Assembly (NCBI GenBank): GCA_051047955.1
Contig: JBPGPT010000004.1
Span: forward strand, 744,001 to 782,750
From: Cystobasidiomycetes sp. EMM_F5
Lineage: Eukaryota
Length of the DNA stretch: 38,750 nt
Direction of reading: 5' to 3'
Every line of letters begins with the position of its first letter. Position 1 is the stretch's first letter. This document shows positions 35,376 through 38,750 of this stretch, one piece after another. A program made the translations under genes and the position numbers. The notes beneath the pieces were generated by a model. The model was not told the origin of the DNA and did no database searches. It was given only the letters and a program-made list of their open reading frames with translations.

Positions 35376-36738
35376 TCACACCGCCGAAGCTCGCGTCTCA
35401 TCCCGGCTCTCCTTGAGGAACGTCATGAACGGCGTACCCCCTGTCCCTTTAGCTTCCTCGGCCAGCCCGTACGACGGGTCCAGATTGGCGGTCGAGAGAG
35501 TGATGGCATCCGCACTGACCGCACTCGTTGGCCGCCGCGATTCGGTGAGGATATACCGTGCAGCTATCCGTATATGTCGATTTCGGAAATCAGATAGACA
35601 CCCTATCACCGTGTTGTATGCGTCAACCCATTGTTCTCCGTGCTTCGAGGTATACTCCTTGATGCACGCTTGCTGCTCTATATCTTGGATGAAGTCGCGA
35701 TGAGGTTTCGGAATAAGGCGTCTCATTTCCTGTGTCAGCAAGGGAGAGGCATCGAGTATCAGCCAATTCGTTTCCGCCCCATCTCTCCAAAGAGGGCGAC
35801 GCACATCTAGAGTACCCTTGGTATCCGCTTTTCCGCCAATTCGATGCTCCACGGATAGCGCGGCATCAAGGAAGTGAAAGAGCGGACTTTGAGCAGCAGA
35901 TCCCCCAGCTTCGACGTGCCATTCACCCTTGCCATCTCCAGTGTTGTAGTATATTCCCCTTGGCAGTCCAACAGAGCCCATACCCTTGGCACCCGCCCAG
36001 AAGGGTCGCATCTGGTTGTAAAATATCTCTGGACGACAATGATCGTAGACCCGGTCTAGCATCTTTGACACATCTCTCAATCTTGGTGCGAGTTCCCTGA
36101 GTAGTTGCAGGACGGTGTCTGCGTCGTCCACCTGTATTGCACCCATCGTCTGCAAAACGAGCTCAATGCACGGCGCGCCCAGCTGCTCGATGGCGACTGA
36201 TATCATGTAGAACCACTCTTCGTCCTCCAGTCCCGTGAAGCTGCTCAACGATCTGATCTTGTACGGATCTCCCCAATCTGATCCCGGGTCGGCCGTCCAA
36301 TTGTACATGGCCAATGCAGAATAGGTAACGGTAGGTGGGACACCGAAGTGTGAAGATGCAGCGAGAAAGGGGATGGAAACACACGGCGGTACAGTCTGTA
36401 GATACGAGATAATCGTTAGTGCCCCTTTGGACATGGTATGCATTTGCACTCGCCTCGTTTGGTCGGACTCCGCTACCCCATATCCAGGCATGGGCCAAGA
36501 ATGCGAGGACAGAATAGGCTCTCCTCCAATCATTCTCGTCTTGTAGTTGATCGATACCGACGATAGGAAGATTGAGAATGGCTTGCTGTACTGTCCGCGT
36601 TCGTATTAAGCGTGGCAGATCTGCTGAAACAGCTTCCCAGTGGCGATACTGAGGATGCCGTAGCGGTCGCAGCGGTTCCTCTGGGAGGAATCCATGCAAC
36701 AAGGACACTTGGTAGGCAGGAAGATCAAAGGTAGTCAT
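35376..36738 (-). CDS. BNA2: Indoleamine 2,3-dioxygenase (kynurenine pathway)
   Basis: HGFLP, WRRAYSVLAFLAHAWIWG, PPTVTYS-x4-YNW, SFTGLEDEEWFYMISVAIE, IFYNQMRPF, GGSAAQS, FRNRHIRIAARYI (heme-ligand His) and GTGGT. Two introns. Orthology to Bna2 versus other IDO paralogs is untested. Confidence 0.95.
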
Positions 36739-37039
36739 GGTGCGGAAGATGGGTCTGTAGGTCGAAAGTATCAAGGTACGATGCTTTGTAAACACGGACG
36801 CTCTCCAGCCACACCCCTTTACACGCTCAACTTGCCGATGAATGCCGAGGTTCGAGCACGTCGGAGAACAGGAGTCTTCTCGTATGCAGGCATGACAATG
36901 GGCTGAGCTCATCAGTATATTAGCGCATTGACGTCCTGAGGATCAAGTAGAGGCCAATGTATTAGATCGCATCAGCTAGCAGCCTGCATCCGTTCAATCC
37001 AGCTGGTTTCGTGCCTATGACGCATAAACAGCTGACTGA

Positions 37040-38183
37040 CTACAGGTCAAAGTCATCATCGTTGTTGCTCCCGCGTGTATTGCTCTGATGATACGCTCGC
37101 CTACGCGTGCGTCCCCCAGCCCCCACTTCCGCTTCATCATTGTCAGATTCCTCTTCTGATTCCTGCCGAACGATGGGCTGTATCTTGAGGAATGGATCTA
37201 CGGCATCCGCTATTGTGAGAAGCGCTTCAAGCTCCGTGAATGATGTCTTGATGCCCTTTAGCCCGACGTTTGGGCCCATGCCTATAATCTGCTTGATGAG
37301 TTCGCCCCTTCGGTATATTAGCAGGGTAGGTATATTGCGATCTCTAAGTGTACCGAAGCCATGGGAGCCTCAGCTATATGTGCAAGGTAGCAGATGACAG
37401 GGTTGCGCTACATACGGATAATTCGCTATGCACATGTCTCCTCTAATACTGACGAACTTTGTAGAAGGGTATGCGGCAGCCAGCTCTTTGAGATGTCTTT
37501 CCATTAGCTGAGATTCTGGTATACTGTATGGGAGGGAAAGACGGCGTCCGCAGTATAATTCCCCAATATCAGCCCATGCCAACAATTTATCAAAGTTTAC
37601 GTGACAATCTGACCTGTCTTTCCATAAGAAGCACACTACACCCGTTCCCTTGCCTTTGAGCTCTTCGAAGTCTTGGATTTCGCCATCGAGGTCCACTTGA
37701 CTGGCTTCTGTAATTTCCCTCGTATATTCATCACGACCGATAGGAATGACGGCTCCGAACCTTCTTGTTCTCGCGAGCTTCTTGACTTCCTGGATACGAT
37801 TCGCGCGGTATTGCTCCAACACAGCTTGCGGGATATCATCCTCCAGGTCGAGCAGATCATCGTCATCGTTCAAGTCGGCCGTTTCTATCCGGTCGACAGC
37901 AAGGCCATCCAAGTCTGGCGAAAGTTCGCGAGCTGGCTGTGGTTTTGGAGGAAGTATTCCTCTTGCTCGCAGTGCTTCATTGCTATCGCGTTATCGGATT
38001 TCAGTCAATATTTTTGCGATAAACAGACTGGGTCGGGTTGCCCGAGCCAACGTACAATTCCGTGTCTTCGGAATGCCGAATAGCACCCTGTGTTGGTTTG
38101 TAAGCATTGTTTGATGGTACGAAGCCTGAAGCCGTGTTGGCTTCGTTTGGAGCTTCGTAGGTCATACTGACGGCAAAGGGCAT
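37040..38183 (-). CDS. PLP2: Phosducin-like protein (Plp2/PDCL3 subgroup)
   Basis: EDTEF-NEALRARGILPPK, LEQYRANRIQE, FGAVIPIGRDEYTREITEAS, LAAAYPSTKFVSI and CIANYP-DRNIPTLLIYR-x-G, with an acidic C-terminus. The start codon is approximate. Confidence 0.92.
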
Positions 38184-38385
38184 CCTTGTCCAAACGCAAG
38201 ACATGTTCAAACCTGGGGATTTTGACGATTGTATTGTAATAACAAACACTAATCTACAACAGCAACCATCCTAATGTCCTTCCTGTTTCCCAAAATTCCG
38301 CAAACAAACATTATATCGAACTCGCGGAGGAAATTGAAGAGCGAAAGGTCCAGCGTCGAGTTCAGTTATATCGATCAGTGCGACT

Positions 38386-38750
38386 CTAATCTTCTTCCTG
38401 CTGGTAGTCAGCAAAGATGGTTCTAACATACTCGGCCTCTTTGGGCTTTGGAGTAAAGTATGCTAGCACGCTGCTGAAGAGGGAAGGAGCGGGTTGCTCC
38501 TCCCAGTGAGTAGGAATTTTAGCTGGTTTAGGCTTAGTGTCGTTAAACACGCGCTGAAGCTTTGTAAATGCAGGAGACTGTATGACGGGAAAAGAAAGTG
38601 AGTGTGAGTGGAAATGCAAGAAGGAAACGTGGATGGGGAGGAAGAGTTGACATACAGTGCGAACATCACGAGTGAGGATAGGAGAGCATACAATGGCATC
38701 AGTGGCTTGGATAGTAACTTCAGTCTTGGTTGGAACCGAAGCTGCGAGTT
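38386..38750 (-). CDS. 3' end of an unidentified protein (partial)
   Basis: A pyrimidine-rich GTATGT...CAG intron joins ...TIQATDAIVCSPILTRDVRT to SPAFTKLQRVFNDTKPKPAKIPTHWEEQPAPSLFSSVLAYF...EED*. No family recognised. Confidence 0.45.
   Translation of the reverse strand, partial: LAASVPTKTEVTIQATDAIVCSPILTRDVRTVCQLFLPIHVSFLHFHSHSLSFPVIQSPAFTKLQRVFNDTKPKPAKIPTHWEEQPAPSLFSSVLAYFTPKPKEAEYVRTIFADYQQEED

Noticed and set aside
1..38750. Prokaryotic operons, defence systems, tRNA/rRNA or mobile elements
   Set aside because: The genes are intron-containing fungal genes. I saw no RT, integrase or transposase motifs, LTRs or structural RNA signatures.

Overview
Eukaryotic, intron-rich and very gene-dense fungal DNA, most likely a basidiomycete yeast (inferred from short 50-120 nt GT-AG introns with CTRAY-like branch points, many micro-exons and short intergenic gaps). 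The ORF track fragments or misses most genes, so I spliced the models by hand. About 25 protein-coding genes can be supported. In window order: DIB1 (partial), an orphan, cofilin, a YjbQ/UPF0047 protein, FAD synthase, type II NADH dehydrogenase, an Rsa3-like protein, a metallothionein, a DUF2011-like protein, an MCT-family MFS transporter, an aldo-keto reductase, a head-to-head pair of DHA2 MFS transporters, Rab escort protein, DUF866/CZIB, a PPR protein, PRO3, a Tim17-like membrane protein, an SmgGDS-like ARM protein, a dienelactone hydrolase, a small single-pass protein, indoleamine 2,3-dioxygenase, phosducin-like PLP2 and a partial unknown gene. I found no rRNA, tRNA, CRISPR or transposon. 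The standout is a 4-exon, 106-aa, 21-Cys metallothionein that is invisible as a single ORF. It is built from two tandem modules that each carry an intron at the same position and phase, a clear sign of exon duplication. All family calls come from recalled motifs; no database search was run.
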